The notes beneath the pieces are model-generated. The model saw nothing but the letters and a program-made list of their open reading frames with translations, ran no database searches and had not been told where the DNA came from. Below, one piece after another: positions 12,334 through 26,400 of a stretch of 64,000 bases of DNA; the stretch's first letter is position 1; every line of letters starts with the position of its first letter. Source of the stretch: Vezdaea acicularis. Its lineage: Eukaryota. The translations under genes were made by a program, and so were the position numbers. Location: assembly GCA_026025075.1 (NCBI GenBank), contig JAPEUI010000010.1:124001-188000 (forward strand), read 5' to 3'.

Positions 12334-14784
12334 CTACATAACTCCACACCTACTTTGCTGGCATTGATCCAAATAGCCTTCCTCTTCTTCTTTCCCGAGC
12401 GCCATTCCCCGTCTTCTTTGTACTCCAACTACTTTCACCGTTTGCTCACCTTCAGGGTGCCACCACCTCAATTTTTGCATCAGACCTCCATCTGCATCAT
12501 CAACACTGATCGACCATCTACCATTACTTACTTCCACTTCCACTTGACTCTGCGGGAAATGGAAATCAGGTAGGAACACTTCTGTTGGTGCGCTCTCTTT
12601 AGTTGGTTCAGGAGCCTCGAGACTGAAGGTGAAGGTGCAATTCCGTAAGTCGAAGGCATATGACTTGATCTTTCCAACGGTAGCTATTGGCGTAGGCCGG
12701 ACATAGGCCTCGGCAGCGCGAAATCCAGGTGTACTCCCAAGCTCTCCTGATGTTGTAGGTGGATTAGAACTGATTGAAGGGGTTGAAAGCGTTGGCTGCA
12801 GCTTTGACGGGGAGGAACTTTCCGAGGACTTTTGAGTGGGATACTGTGCAGAAAGAGGCAGCGTCGTCTCAGATGGAGATTTGGATCCGGAAGGAGAGTG
12901 CGGTGAGAGTGGGAGGGGTTGGTCATCTAAAGAGAACAACGAGAGATCCTCTCCGTTCCACTGGTCGCCCCACTGATGATTATTCTAAGATACGCAGTGA
13001 GATTTGTGTTTTGCTGGTAAGACAATGGAAAATATTTTAAGAACAACACCTACATTGACCGTATATACCCATAACATATACCCCCCTAATCCGCTCCCCT
13101 CCAAAGCGAAATGATTTGCATCCATCGCTAGGGCCTGGCTGGTGTAATCGCCGGTTTTATACGCGTACTTCTCGTCCATATCGTAGGGGATTCCAATTTC
13201 TGTGAAAACACATGGATGTTTACCCATATAGTCCAGCCCTTCTTGCTTTATGGCAGAGAGTTGATCCCTGAAACAGTTTCTTATTGCACCTTCGCCAACC
13301 TTTATGGCAAAGGCAGGGCTCATGTACTTACCTCGCATGATTCCAAAAACGTCGACGTTCCAATAACGGTTCCTGCAATTCTATCAGGATTTGACATTAA
13401 ATCTTGAGAATAGAAAAATACCATTTTTTGGTCATGAGGGTCACCCCATCATAGAAATGTGGTGCAAAGATCATGTTAGGGTCATCGTCCGTAGTACCGC
13501 TTATAGAAGGGGGGATTTCAAGTACAGGTGGCTGACAGAATAGGAAGGCAGTCTTATGTACACTTCTTATAGCATCGCGATATTTTCGATAATGAGGCAT
13601 GAAGTAGTTGTTCGTAAAGAACTCATAGTCCATCTTTTCGCCTGTTTGGGGGTGTCGCGCGAAATAATCTTTCTTCAGGACAGTGTCGCTGGAGGGGTCC
13701 CATATTCCATGCTGGGCCCATAGACAGACCCCTAACTTCCACTCAGGGTCTCGCTTCCAGCCATAACGCGAATCATCATAATCAGGCGAGAGCCAGGCGG
13801 TCTGGCCTTTAGGATCGATGAGTGTTGTGCCTGATTTGTAAGGACCCATTCCACCAAACTCCCAAGTATCAATCTCGCAAGCTCGACCGGATCCTGTAAG
13901 AATTGCCTGCCATACAGTCGGAGAGGTACCTTTTTGTAGTTTCTGTTCGGAAGGAATAGCGGTGATATCTGGAATACCGACTAACCCCTTGTTTGGCTCA
14001 TTTATACTCTCCCAGCCTATTACCACCACATCTTCTAGACCTCCAGCCTCTTTTATGCGCGTCGCTAGATGCTTGCAAGCAGCAATGAAATGGCTCTGTA
14101 AGTAATCTTGGATGTGTATTCCATCAATGATAGCTTTTGGCGCAAAGTCATTACCAGCGAAAAACAACGTGAACAAGACCTGACAAGCTAATCTTGTATA
14201 ATTTGTTGCCCATATCATCTTTGGGTACTTAGAGGGGTCAGGGACGGTATTATGAACAAGTGCAGCTTCCGTAGCTCGGAAACCTTCGGGGTCTAGACCG
14301 CAGGCATACAAAGTCCACATAGGAGCACCAGAACCACCCGAGAACCTGGACCACTTCCGCCTGTCAGAAGATTATGAAAGCGTACAAGAGTGGGACTTAC
14401 CACATCCTGGTGAGGATCCATATTTATGTAAAATCCATAGTCCTTAGCCAGTCTTAGAACAGCTATTGTATGTTGAATCCAATCTTCGTCATATTTTCCA
14501 GGGCCAGCATGCTCAATTGCCTCCCACGTGAAGATATATCTTAATGTATTGAATCCCCATCGTTTTAACCTCGCGAAGTGCACATGTACCTCGTCCAACG
14601 AGAAAGGTCGATCAACGAAGGAGACATTATCGGCATCAAAGAAATCGTCTGGTATGTGAGACGGCTGATTCGGCGACGTTGGAAACTTTGCGTCACCAGC
14701 AACATTGATCCCCCGAAGTGTAATTTCGCGATTCTCGGAGTCCCGAAATACGCATCCATCGATGCGCAGTCGTGGGAGAGACAT
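12334..14784 (-). CDS. Glycoside hydrolase family 5, endoglycoceramidase-related / ergosteryl-beta-glucosidase-like (4 exons)
   Basis: LRGINV, RYIFTWEAIEHAGPGKYD, DPHQDV|WSRFSGGSGAP, catalytic INEP and TEIG motifs, WGDQWNGEDLS, GFRAAEAYVRP. Ends CGVM. Confidence 0.88.
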
Positions 14785-15368
14785 GACGCCAAGAGAGTTA
14801 AGAAAGATTACAGCGCAGAAACACGCTTTCTGGGCGACTGCCCCTATGGGAGGTTAACTGCAAATCCAAGCTATGTAGATGTTGCTTCAAGAGCTGAGCT
14901 AGATCTCAAGTTAAGGAAGTAAATTATAAGAGAGAACCTGTGGCGACAACTCGCGGCCTCAAGCCTTCTTGGCTGGCGGATGAGCGTCGAAGATTACGTA
15001 TTGTCTTGTTCTTCATCACGGGGCCTAATAGAAAGTTGAGCAGCTTTTTATGGGTTAATTGAAGGTGGTGTCTCTATATGTAAGATCAAGTGCATCATTG
15101 ATGAACGCCATACTCGTATCAGATCAGGTTCCGGACTAGACTGGGAGGCCCATGTCAGATCGTCATTGCCGAGAATTAGCCGATTGGATCTACAAGGTTG
15201 ATGCGAAGCTTGGACGATTCTTGAATATCTCGATACCGTAAATTGTGTTTTTTAAGTATTTCTGGTTGTGTTCTTCGCATTCGTCGAGCGATCAGGCTTA
15301 TCGCTTGTGCAGGAGGATGTATTCGTGTCTTTGCATACCTATACTCCTGGCGCCATGACCGGTCTGCA

Positions 15369-18300
15369 ATGGCATCTACCAAAGCAGCCCTCAAAGCAGC
15401 GAAAGCTTTTATAGATAATCGTGAATACCTTGAGGCTATCGAGCAGGCCAAGGCTGTGATTTCAAAAGACGCGCGGAACTACCATGCGTATGCTACACCC
15501 GATAACAACTCCGCATCTGCCCAGGCGTTTCTAATATAAGAGCGTCCATGTGTAGGAATGTTTTTCTGGGGCTTGCCTTCGACAGACTTGGGAAGCCAGA
15601 AAATGCTGTGGAGTCTTATAGATCTGCTACGGCGGTCAAAGGGAGCGATCCCCTGGCGTGGCAAGGTCTCATCGGAGTATATGAGAGTCATGGGAATAGA
15701 TATATGGATGAGTACAGAGATGCTGTGCTCCAGCTTGCCAAGATCTATCAAGAACTGTTAAGATCTCTTGAATTCTAGCGCGCTTATAGTTGGCTAACTT
15801 GAAGTGTTCCAGCGACGATTCGACAAAATGCCAAAAAATCATTGACAACTTTTTAGTATTTGTCAAGGCAAATGGCAATCGCATTCAGAACAAGTCAGCG
15901 TTAGAACTGCTGATTCCCAGCAGCCCAATATATGATTTCTTAGAGGGCCGGATCCCTCCACCAGCGACGACCTTCATTGCGCTTGCAGAGATTTTCGAGG
16001 CGGAGGAGAAGGAGAGGATAAATAAGGAGATTGGGGTACGGCGAACGCGTCTCGGAGCGACCATCAGCAACGTTACGGCAGATGTAAAGCGGGAGGTCTA
16101 TTCTTCCAGCTCGCTTGAAGAGATATATCAAAATATCATAAACTATTCGAACGATGATGAAGTTCGCCGTGAATACGAAGAAAAGCTCCTTCTCCGGGCT
16201 TATGATACGCTCGCTGTACTCCCAGCTGGTTCCAAGGGAAAGCAGCAGAAGAAGGTGCAAGAATTAGCCAGGGGTATCGTCATTTTAAAACATCCTTACC
16301 AACTGGCTTGGAATTTAACAATTGAATGGGAAGATCGAGAGACCATCAGGGAATGGGACTTGGGGTTATTACATCAATTTATCGAATTTTTTCCCGGCTC
16401 TGGGTTGAGTAAGGTCCTGAAGGGCTACTTGCATAGCGAGATCTCCCCATTTGCAGTCTCCTCCACAGACAACCAAGCGATAACCTTCTCAGAACAACCG
16501 GACGAAAATGGGACAGGATCTTCCGGGGCTCTTAGTACTGAAGAACAGTTGCTTCTTATGACGGAAGGTATTCAGGACGCGACAGAATCTGTTCTTGCCA
16601 ACAGGCTCATGTCAGACTTCTATCTGCATCTGGAGGAATTTGAGATGGTCGTGGAAATGGGCCGTCATACCATTGAACTCATCGCTCTCGAGGCTAAAAC
16701 ATGTGGTGTTATGTTTGAAAGGTATACTTTAGCTGCTGGGAAGCAAGATTGTTGGATATTGCCCTTTTGAGATGTCCACACTAACTTCTACCAGTGCGCA
16801 AAAAGCTGTTAGTCTTAATCTCGCCACGGCGCTTGTCTATTATCAAGCACCAAGAAACCAAGGCGAAGCAAAAGCTCTTTTCGACAAAATCCTCTCCCAA
16901 GATCCTACCTCAACACCTGCGCTGATAGGAAGTGGCCTAATTTTAGAGGAAAGAGAAGAGTATGCTGAAGCGGCGGTTTTCCTCAGACGAGCGTTGAGTC
17001 GCAATCCTACTGATTTGCGCGTCAAATCAGAAGCGGCATGGTGCGCCGCACTTCAAGGGGAGACAGAATACGCCCTTGAAGAACTCAAAGAATGCATGCA
17101 AATGCTGGGCAAACATACTTCAAAAACACATGAGCTTCGGGCGCAGTGTCTTTACCGTATTGGGATGTGTATTTGGAACCTTGATGGTTCAGTAGCTGCG
17201 CGGAAAGATCGCAAAGGATCCTACACTTATTTCATTGACTCCCTCAAAGCAAACTCTAATTATGCTCCAGCGTTTTCTGCTCTAGGCATATATTATGCTG
17301 ATTACGGAAAAGACAAAAGACGTGCACGAAAATGCTTTCAAAAAGCGTTCGAGCTTTCAACATCTGAAGTAGAGGCTGCAGAGCGACTAGCTCGATCATT
17401 CGCAAATCGAAGCGAATGGGATCTGGTTGAGGCTGTTGCGCGACGGGTTGTGGACTCTGGCAGAACAAAGCGTGCCCCTGGATCCAGGAAGAAAGCGCTG
17501 AGTTGGCCCCACTCTGCTATTGGTGTGGTGGAGCTGAGCAAACAGGAATACGCAAGCAGCATTATCTCGTTCCAGTCCGCTCTCAGAATAAATCCCGGTG
17601 ATTACCACTCCTGGGTAGGGTTAGGAGAAGGCTATCATAACTCAGGTCGATATGTATCTGCGATGAGAGCGTTTGAGCAGGCGGAGAAATTTGAGAAGCA
17701 GCTAGGAATTGATACATGGTTCGCCCATTACATGTCGGCTAACGTAAGAAGAGAGCTGGGTGACTTTGAAGAGGCTATAAAGGAATACAACACTGTGCTA
17801 CATGTCCGTCAGCACGAGTATGGAGTTTTGGTGGCCCTCATGCAGACTCTAGTTGATTTCGCATGGCGAAGCGTTCACCTTGGGTTTTTGGGACGGGGGG
17901 TCGAGCTTGCTGCTAGCGCAATTGAGGTTGCAAGTCGTCTACCTGACGGAAAGGTCGATTCCTTTAATGTATGGAAAGCTCTTGGTGACGCGTGTGCCGT
18001 TTTCTCTAGTGTGCAAAGCTCCGCCAACAAATTCCCTATTGCGCGCATAGGCAGCCTCCTAAGCTCCGGAACTGAGCTTGAGGATCTCCTGATACTTGGG
18101 GAAGATGATGGGCTCGATGCGGGCGACCTGTCGGCAATTCTTCCAGCAAAATCAAAAGATGCGGAGAGAATCAATGTTGTCACTTGTCTAGCAACAACCA
18201 TATTGTCGTTTAAGAGAGCTATTCTAAGTTCCAAGAGCGATGTACACGCTCGGGCAGTTGCATGGTATAATTTGGGCTGGGCGGAAAATACTGCATATTT

Positions 18301-19843
18301 ATATTTTGTTGCAGCGAAGGCCAGTGACAGCACGAAGATTGCAAAATATCGTAAAGCAGCAATTCGCTGTTTCAAGCATGCCATAGAGCTGGAGGCTGGA
18401 AATTCCGAGTTCTGGAATGCTCTCGGAGTCATGACAATTCAAGTAAGCCCAAGAGTATCCCAGCATTCGTTTGTGCGGAGTCTCTTCCTGAATGATAAGG
18501 TATGTCTCTGATTATGTTGAATCATGATGCACACAGGCTGATGACAATAGAGTGCCCAAGCCTGGACGAACCTTGGTGCTCTCTACATTCTTCAGAATGA
18601 CCTCCCCCTTGCGAATGAAGCCTTGACTAGGGCTCAGTCAACAGATCCCACATATGCTCTGGCGTGGCTTGGGCAGGGGCAATTAGCTCGTTTTCTAGGG
18701 GACTCCAAGGAAGCGCTGGCGCTATTCACTCACGCGCACGAAATCGCGGATTCCTCGTCGCTTTCCGTTAATCGGCAGTATAGTTTGTCAGTGTTTGACA
18801 GTCTTGTCCAAATGCGTCAACGGCAGGATCCATCCTCTCTTATTGGCCCAGTTCAATCCCTTCGACAAATCCATAGTCAAAGGCCTGAAGATATCTCTTC
18901 TCTTCACGTTTCAGCTCTCTTTTCAGAACGCTTAGAACATTATACTGAGGCCATGGAGTGCCTGAACATTGTCTTGGATTATGTCGAAAATGAGTATGAA
19001 AAGTCAGAGTCATCTAGTTCTCTTGCGTATTTCGCGCAGGTCAAGGCAGACTTAGCAAGAGTGGAACTTGCAAGCAACAATCATTTGAGATCACTTGAGA
19101 ACGCTGAAATGTCGTTGAATCTCTCCTCAGAATCGGACACGTTCGACTCGATCTCTCGTCCAAAGCTTCGTCTATCTGCTCACCTGACTTGTGGATTAGC
19201 TAGCTACTTCCTTGGAGATATGGACACTGCGTTTGACATGTTCCAAACGGCACTTGAAGAATCAGATAGGGCTGCAGACGTCATATGTCTACTTGCTCAA
19301 GTTTTATGGGTCAAAAATGAAGATAAGGAAAGAGCTATAGCAAGAGAAAATCTTTTTGACAGTATTCAGACGTATCCTAAGCATGTACGAATAACTATTC
19401 TATTGGCTGTTATTGCTGCCTTAGACAAAGACGAAGAGGCTCTCGAGGCTGTCGTAGATGACATGCACGCTCTAAGGTCTAGGGGCGAGATTCGCATAGA
19501 GGAGAGGCGAACCATTGATAAAGTTCTCATACTTATCTCTAGCCTTAAAGGGGGGAGCTCCAATTCAAGCGTTGATGAACTGTTGGAGATATCTGTATCG
19601 CTCCTGCTCTCACCTTCAAACCCGCAAGGTTGGAGATTCATGGCCGCTCTCACCGGAGAACAAGTCCCTAAAACAATGGCGATAAAGACCGCGCAGCGTT
19701 GCATTCCGCCAGGAGCCACTTTGGATGCGGAGACTTTAGCAATAACACTTTGTGAGGGAACTACCGTAGCTGAAATGCAGACCGCGATTGTGATTGCACC
19801 ATGGATACCAAAGGTATGGAAGGCATTGGGGGAGATGGCTTGA
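15369..19843 (+). CDS. SKI3: Superkiller protein 3 (TPR subunit of the SKI complex), 5 exons
   Basis: MASTKAALKAAK, YDFLEGRIP, INKEIG.RRTRLGA, YAPAFSALGIYYADY.KD..RARKCFQKAFEL, FQSALR..P.DYHSWVGLGE.Y..SGRY, ELEAGNSEFWNALG. TPR repeats. Confidence 0.92.
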
Positions 19844-20242
19844 GGGAGCGCTGAATAAAACATTCAAATGACACGACTTGATGTAAAGTAGCTTAGAAGA
19901 TGCTTCGGTGCGCGCGGTTCAATAGCGCCCTATGGCGGACTGCGAACGAAATTTACAAAGCGCTTCATAAGGATATTACCCCTTCCTAAAAATTACATCA
20001 CCCGTTAAGCGTCTATCAGGCTTCACTTTATTCATTTGAATACCTCCTCTTCTCATAACAGTCGTTGGAGACGTAATGTGACAATTGTTGATGTCAAGCG
20101 GAGGATAGGGTTGGACCTACTGCTTCGGCTAAGTCATTTGGTCTTGGCGCACAGTGGTTCGTTAGCGCGACGAACTTCAAGACCACTTCGTGAACTCCGA
20201 AGGAAAGTCGTATCCTACAAGGCATCTTTATCCACGCCCAAG

Positions 20243-20906
20243 ATGCCTACCCGATTAACAAAGACAAGGAAACAGTATGTGACTGAACTCCATAGTTATC
20301 TAAGCTTCACTGGTGATCCTTTACTCATAACGCCGCCACTTCATTCCCAAATCGAGTCTCGATAGTATTCTCTGCTGACTTACTTTTCTCTCAACAGCCG
20401 TGGCCATGTGTCAGCCGGCCACGGTCGTGTAGGCAAGCATCGAAAGCATCCTGGTGGTCGCGGTATGGCAGGTGGTCAGCATCATCATCGAACAAATCTC
20501 GATAAATATCATCCTGGTTACTTCGGGAAGGTCGGCATGCGATATTTCCACAAGTTACAAAATCAATTCTGGAAACCTGTTGTCAATCTTGATAAGGTAC
20601 GCTGTTCACACCGCTGTCTTTATATTATATTATTGCCAACATCTAAAGATTGAACTGTCATTTACTAATAAAACTTGCATGGTACAGCTCTGGTCCTTAG
20701 TCCCAGTCGAACATCGGGCAAAGTACATCGAGGGAAAGAAGGAAGATACGGTGCCAGTCCTTGACTTACTCCCACTGGGCTATTCGAAGGTATTGGGCAA
20801 AGGACGAATCCCAAAGGTTCCTATGGTGGTTAGAGCAAGATACTTTAGCAAGGAGGCCGAGCGCAAGATCAAAGAGGCAGGGGGTGTTGTGGAACTTGTG
20901 GCGTGA
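20243..20906 (+). CDS. RPL28: 60S ribosomal protein uL15 (L28/L27a), 3 exons
   Basis: [59 protein letters not shown]...[11 protein letters not shown]. Introns 20275-20397 and about 20597-20687. Confidence 0.97.
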
Positions 20907-21442
20907 TCTTATGGAAGTTGGGCTTGGCGGACATTCTCAGGTCAGGACAGCGTATATTTTGCTCGCTCGATCAGAATATATTAAGACTTCCAACTACAAA
21001 CCCCTTCAACCTAAATCTAACAAGGTTCTCTATGATTTGAATGCGAGTCAGTCGCCACACAAGCCCTACAAACTGGAGAGCAGGCCAATGTTCAACAGAT
21101 CCCAGCTTATGAGCAGAGTGTTGCATCGGTGCAACGGCAATGCATATATCGTTCATGCACAGTCCTCGAGGCTTTCTTCATGGGGTTTGGTATGCCCGTC
21201 GGCGGATAAACCCCTTTATGATGCGACTTTCAAAGATTTCTTTACCTCGGAAGATTTGTATGAAGGGTTTCGATTCATTTTGTGTTGATGCTTTATTCAC
21301 CCAAAACCTAACTCCTCGAGTTCGTCTAGTAGAGTGGCCCCATGATCTTCCTAACGCCGTCCACACCCTGATAAAAGGGCCGCCCTGGCCTGGATTAAAG
21401 AAAATGTTGATATACATATCAACGTTGCCAGTATTTTGGCTC

Positions 21443-23100
21443 TCATAGCATTTCCACTTCATCTTCGTCCGCCTGGCCCTCTCCTGCCCCAGCCAGAAAG
21501 GGATGTTGTAATGCCTCTTCCGCTGATATCCTTTTCTGCGGGTCTAGCTCCAGACACCTTTCTAAGAATCTTGTTGCTTGCAACTCCTCGTTGCTTAAAG
21601 TTTCGCCCTTGTCTGTCCTGCACGTTGACCATAATATTATTTTCTCGAGGTTATAGCCGCCAGCACCGATAGTTGGTATAGTACATTCGAAGACAGAACC
21701 ATGAAGGAGTGCGCATGCTTTCATGCGTCTTTGGCCAAAGATAGAAGCAATTTCGATCATAGCTTCAACGTCATCGGCTGAGTTAAAGAAAGGAAATCTA
21801 CGTGAAAGAATGGTGAGAAGAATAACGCCCGCTGACCATATGTCAATCTTGGTGCTTTGGTCGGTGCATTTGAAGAGGACCTCGGGCGCTCGGAAACCCC
21901 TTGTGCCTGCTCTATTCGCGCGACGAGAAGGCCGAGAGTCGTTTTTGGGGTAACCCATTGCTGGTCCACGGGAGTTTGCTATGCTAGAATTGATTTTCTC
22001 ACGGCGTTCCGAGACACGTTCATGGCAAACGCAGTGCATGCTGTCTGTCCCTTCTCTCTGGGAAGAGACTTAGCATCCGCTGCCAATTCCCGGAGATATG
22101 AACATACCTCTGCAAGACCGAAATCCACTAACACTCCTCTTCTTCTGTCCCAGTCATAGAGAAAATTACTTGATCAGTTAGCAGCTTGGCTTGGTGTCCG
22201 ATGAATGATACCTACGTAGGTTTGATATCTCGATGCAATATCTGGTGCCCATGGACAGCAGCAAGCGCTGTAAACAAAGAGCGGAAGTAGATGCGCATGT
22301 CTGCGACGGTGAATTCTCGAAAATATTCCTGAAAGTGTGAGGAGAAGCCTCTGTATAGGTAGCAACAAACTCACTCTGAAGTCGGCATGACGAAAATACG
22401 GCAGTACTGCCACAACTTGATCCTGATGCCGGAATGCTGTGATAAGAGGGCACACTGAGTCGCAACCCCTGAGATCGTACAGAAGCTCTAATTCGTTTTG
22501 TATGCGAATAGGGCTACTAGTGACATATATTTTCTTGATTGCGACGAATTGAGGAGTTCTGTACCTTTGTTGCCTCGACCGATGGTGGACAGGGTTTGAT
22601 TCTGAATTGCTTGTTCGCCGCTTTTTGATTGGGGGCGAGGACCATCGACTGAACTCCTTATTATCAAGATCCCACTCATTATCATAGTGCTCATAGAGGA
22701 GATCCTCGGCTTTATACACAGTTGAGAATGTGCCTAAGCCAGATTTCTGCTGTCAGTATGATCCCTCGGGGTCATATCTCAATGTGCTCATGGAGTACGG
22801 CGTACCTTCCCCAATTCGTTTTATGAGCCGAAATCTGTCAGATAGACCATCGAAAGTATCGGCAAATTTCCGCATATCCTCAAGTAAAGTGTCATTAATC
22901 TCGCTACGACTCTCGTCTGAAGCGCTTGAATCTTGTTCACTTTCGCTGCTTGCAATAAGTTCGTCTTCCACTACCCTTGGGCCCTCCTCGGCAGATTGGT
23001 ACTCCGTAGCATCCTCGTGAATATCAAAGATATTCTCCTCACGAACAGCTGCTTTGGGAGCCGCGGTCCTCCCGCATACACCTGCTCCGAATCTACCCAT
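21443..23100 (-). CDS. CDC7: Cdc7/Hsk1 (DDK) serine/threonine kinase, 5 exons
   Basis: RIGEG|TFSTVYKA, VAIKKIYVTSSP.RIQNEL, HRDIKPTNFL, LVDFGLAE, RRANRAGTRGFRAPEVLFKC. Start ATG uncertain. Confidence 0.93.
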
Positions 23101-23423
23101 GCTCAGGAACACAAGTTTCGAGGCCGTAGGACAGTTTTCAGAGTTAAATTCGCTTCATGAAAGATTCTGAGGAGTCGACTCGAGGCTGCAAAGACGTCGG
23201 TAAGTTGGTGATATACAATTCGGATATAATAGAGCTAAGCCAGAATAGGAAATACCAAAACAAAACACCACGACCAACCAGGATGCAACAACATCCGATC
23301 ATCACTTTGAGGTACTGAAACTCTACGACCAACAAGTAAATTTGCAGGAAACAAATACCCTCCCACCTGAAAGTGCCAAGGTAGTCGCCGCAACTCTTGC
23401 GCTCTACCTAATCTCTATGCGCC

Positions 23424-26400
23424 ATGGAGGCCTCAATCGACTTTGACCTTAACGACTCTCTGAAATTCTATCTGAGCGACCCCGCGATAGTCGCAACCCC
23501 CGAAGCAAACTCACTCCTGCTAGACTGTGAGAATGATCCAGAGGCACTCACAAATGCGCTCATCAATAGCGTTCTAAATCCTATCGTGGATTCTGTTGCT
23601 GAAAATGTGGATGCTATCATGCAAAGTTCTTCATTCGACTCATTGCAATTCCTACTGAAGTGCGCTCCAATCTCTCTTATCTCTCAAAAATGTTATCCTA
23701 CAGAACCAGACTCTGAACTATTCTTAAAATCCAGGTCATGTTCCCTAATACCAACCCATGCATTAAGCAAGATTCTTGATCTTGTGACTTCTGGACTGTC
23801 ATGCCATGCCGAGATAGTCTACAATGAACTCGAGACAGATGAGCAGGATGCTATACAACACCATAAGCAAGTGCTAGAGATGTTCGCCTTCCTATTACAA
23901 TGGGTGATTGCAGCAGTCGAGACGAAGGCAGCTGAAAAGACAGCAACGGTTCCAGCTGTTAGAGGCCGTGGTGCTGGTAAAGCAGCAAAGTCAAGGGCAG
24001 GCGCAAAAGAGACGAACTGGGATTCCTCCGCCCAACTCCAGATTGCACTTGATACAATGTGCAAAGTCTTGAAACTCAAGCTCTCGAGGATATTTGTCAC
24101 GACTTCTGAAAGGGACACATTCATTAGCCTTTTCACTAGGAGTGTCTATTTGATCCTCGAGAACGAGCAGCGGGTCAAAAATACAGCCATTCGGATGCAC
24201 ATCATCAAGGTTCTATGTATAGCAGTAAAGCATCATGGCCATGCCTTTGGTATAGAACATCACTCCCCGTCTAGCTCCTAGTATTAATACTAACAAACCT
24301 TTTACTTTAGGAGCTCAAACCTCAATTGTGCAGAATCTTACATACTTCGAGCACCTTTCAGAGCCTATGGCTGAATTTTTGCATATCCTAGCTGAACAAT
24401 ATGATTACCCACAGCTCGCCGATGAAATTCTTCGCGAGTTGAGCAATAAAGAGTTCAACAGTAATGATAACAAAGGCCCAAAATCCGTGTCGACTTTCGT
24501 CATCAAGTTGTCCGAGCTGGTCCCTCGCCTTATTATCAAGCAGATGACAATGCTCGTAAAGCAGCTTGATAGCGAGTCATACACACTGCGATGCGCAATC
24601 ATTGAGGTCTGCGGGAATCTGATCATAGACCTCAGTAACCAAGACGAGCGTGGAGAGAACCATAAATCTCAGATCAACGCATTTTTCGATGTGCTTGAGG
24701 AACGCTTTCTGGATGTTAATCCTTACTGTCGATGCCGAGCCCTTCAGGTATACGTGAAGCTCTGCGACTTAGAGACAAAGTATCCTAAACGGAGACAAGC
24801 CGTTGCAGAGCTTGCGGCGCGAAGCTTGGAGGACAAGAGTAGCAACGTTCGGCGAAATGCCCTCAAGCTTCTCGGACGACTGATATCCACACATCCCTTC
24901 AGTCTCATGCATGGAGGTCAACTTTCGTATCAAGACTGGAACAAGCGACTTGAAGCTGTAGAAGTAGAGCTGGCCGGTCTGAGGCCACCAGTGGGCTCGC
25001 CCGGCCTTGCAGAAAAGCAGGGAACTGGGGACAAGACAATCGATGAGACTCTGCTGGACGACGCCACGCAGATGGAAGGTGGGGAGACACAGAAGGGTCC
25101 GACGCTGTCTGATGAGGAGAAGGCTGCAGCTATACAGAAGGCTGTCGAGGAAGCAGCAACTTCGGAGGCCGTAGGACGACTGCAGCTCACAAGACGATAC
25201 TACACGGAGGCTCTCAAATTCATTGAGGTGCTGCATGGAGCATCACTGATCGCTTGCGCGCTTCTCTCATCGAAGAATAAGAGCGAAGTCATCGAAGCAA
25301 TGGACTTCTTCGTAATTGCCGATGCATATAAGCTAGAGTCTTCGAGGGATGGAATTCGCCGAATGCTTCGTCTTATCTGGACAAAGGGCAACAGCGACGA
25401 GGGAAAAGGTGTGCAAAATCACCTTATCGAATGCTATAAAGGACTGTTTTTCTATGCGCCAGACTCCTTCAATGGGAATGATGCGGCCAATTATATCGCG
25501 AGGAATATGATAAGCTTGACGTTTGGCGCAACCCCAGCAGAATTGACTTCCCTGGAGCAACTACTCAGCATGATGATGACGGCGGGTCATATTTCAGATT
25601 TGGTCATTGCCAAGCTCTGGCAAGTTTATGGCGTGCAGAAGAAGGAGATTTCTAAGAACCAAAGACGTGGAGCAATTATTGTCCTAGGTATGCTCGCGAT
25701 TGCGAATGCTGATATCGTCGTGAAAGAGATGGAGACTATGCTGCGAATCGGACTCGGTGGACTAGGGAGAACAGATCTAGGACTGGCGAAGTACACCTGC
25801 ATTGCTCTACGACGTATCAACCCGAATAGTCGTCAAGCCCAAGGTGCGAAGACGGCTCCATCTAAGTTGCCAAATGATCATGCTATCCTCACCAAGCTTG
25901 CTGGTATTGTCGAGATCGTATCCGACAGCAAGGAATGGTTCGGTGTTGCAGAGCAGGCCCTTGGGGCAATCTACGCTTTATCGAAGCATCCGGATACCCT
26001 GTGTTCCGAGATAATACGACGCAAGACGAGATACGTCTTTCAGAGACAATCAGAGCCAAGTCCAGAACGTGAAGGCAGCACAGAGCCGGAAACGACAGGT
26101 CTGCTTTCACCACCACCTGAAACGCCCGAGAGAAAGCAGAAAGGTTCACTTGCGCTCTCTCAGCTATTATTCTTGGTCGGCCACATTGCTATCAAACAAA
26201 TAGTCCACCTTGAGCTTTGCGAGCTCGCCTTCAAAAGGCGAAAGGCGGAGCAAGAAAAGAATAAGCCCGCTAATGCGTCCCCATCCAAGGGCGTGGCGGA
26301 AGAGCAGGATGAGCTTGAACTTATTGGGGGCACAACGGAAGATGATTTTACAGACGCTATGGCTCACATTCGGGAACGAGAACTGCTCTATGGAGACAAT

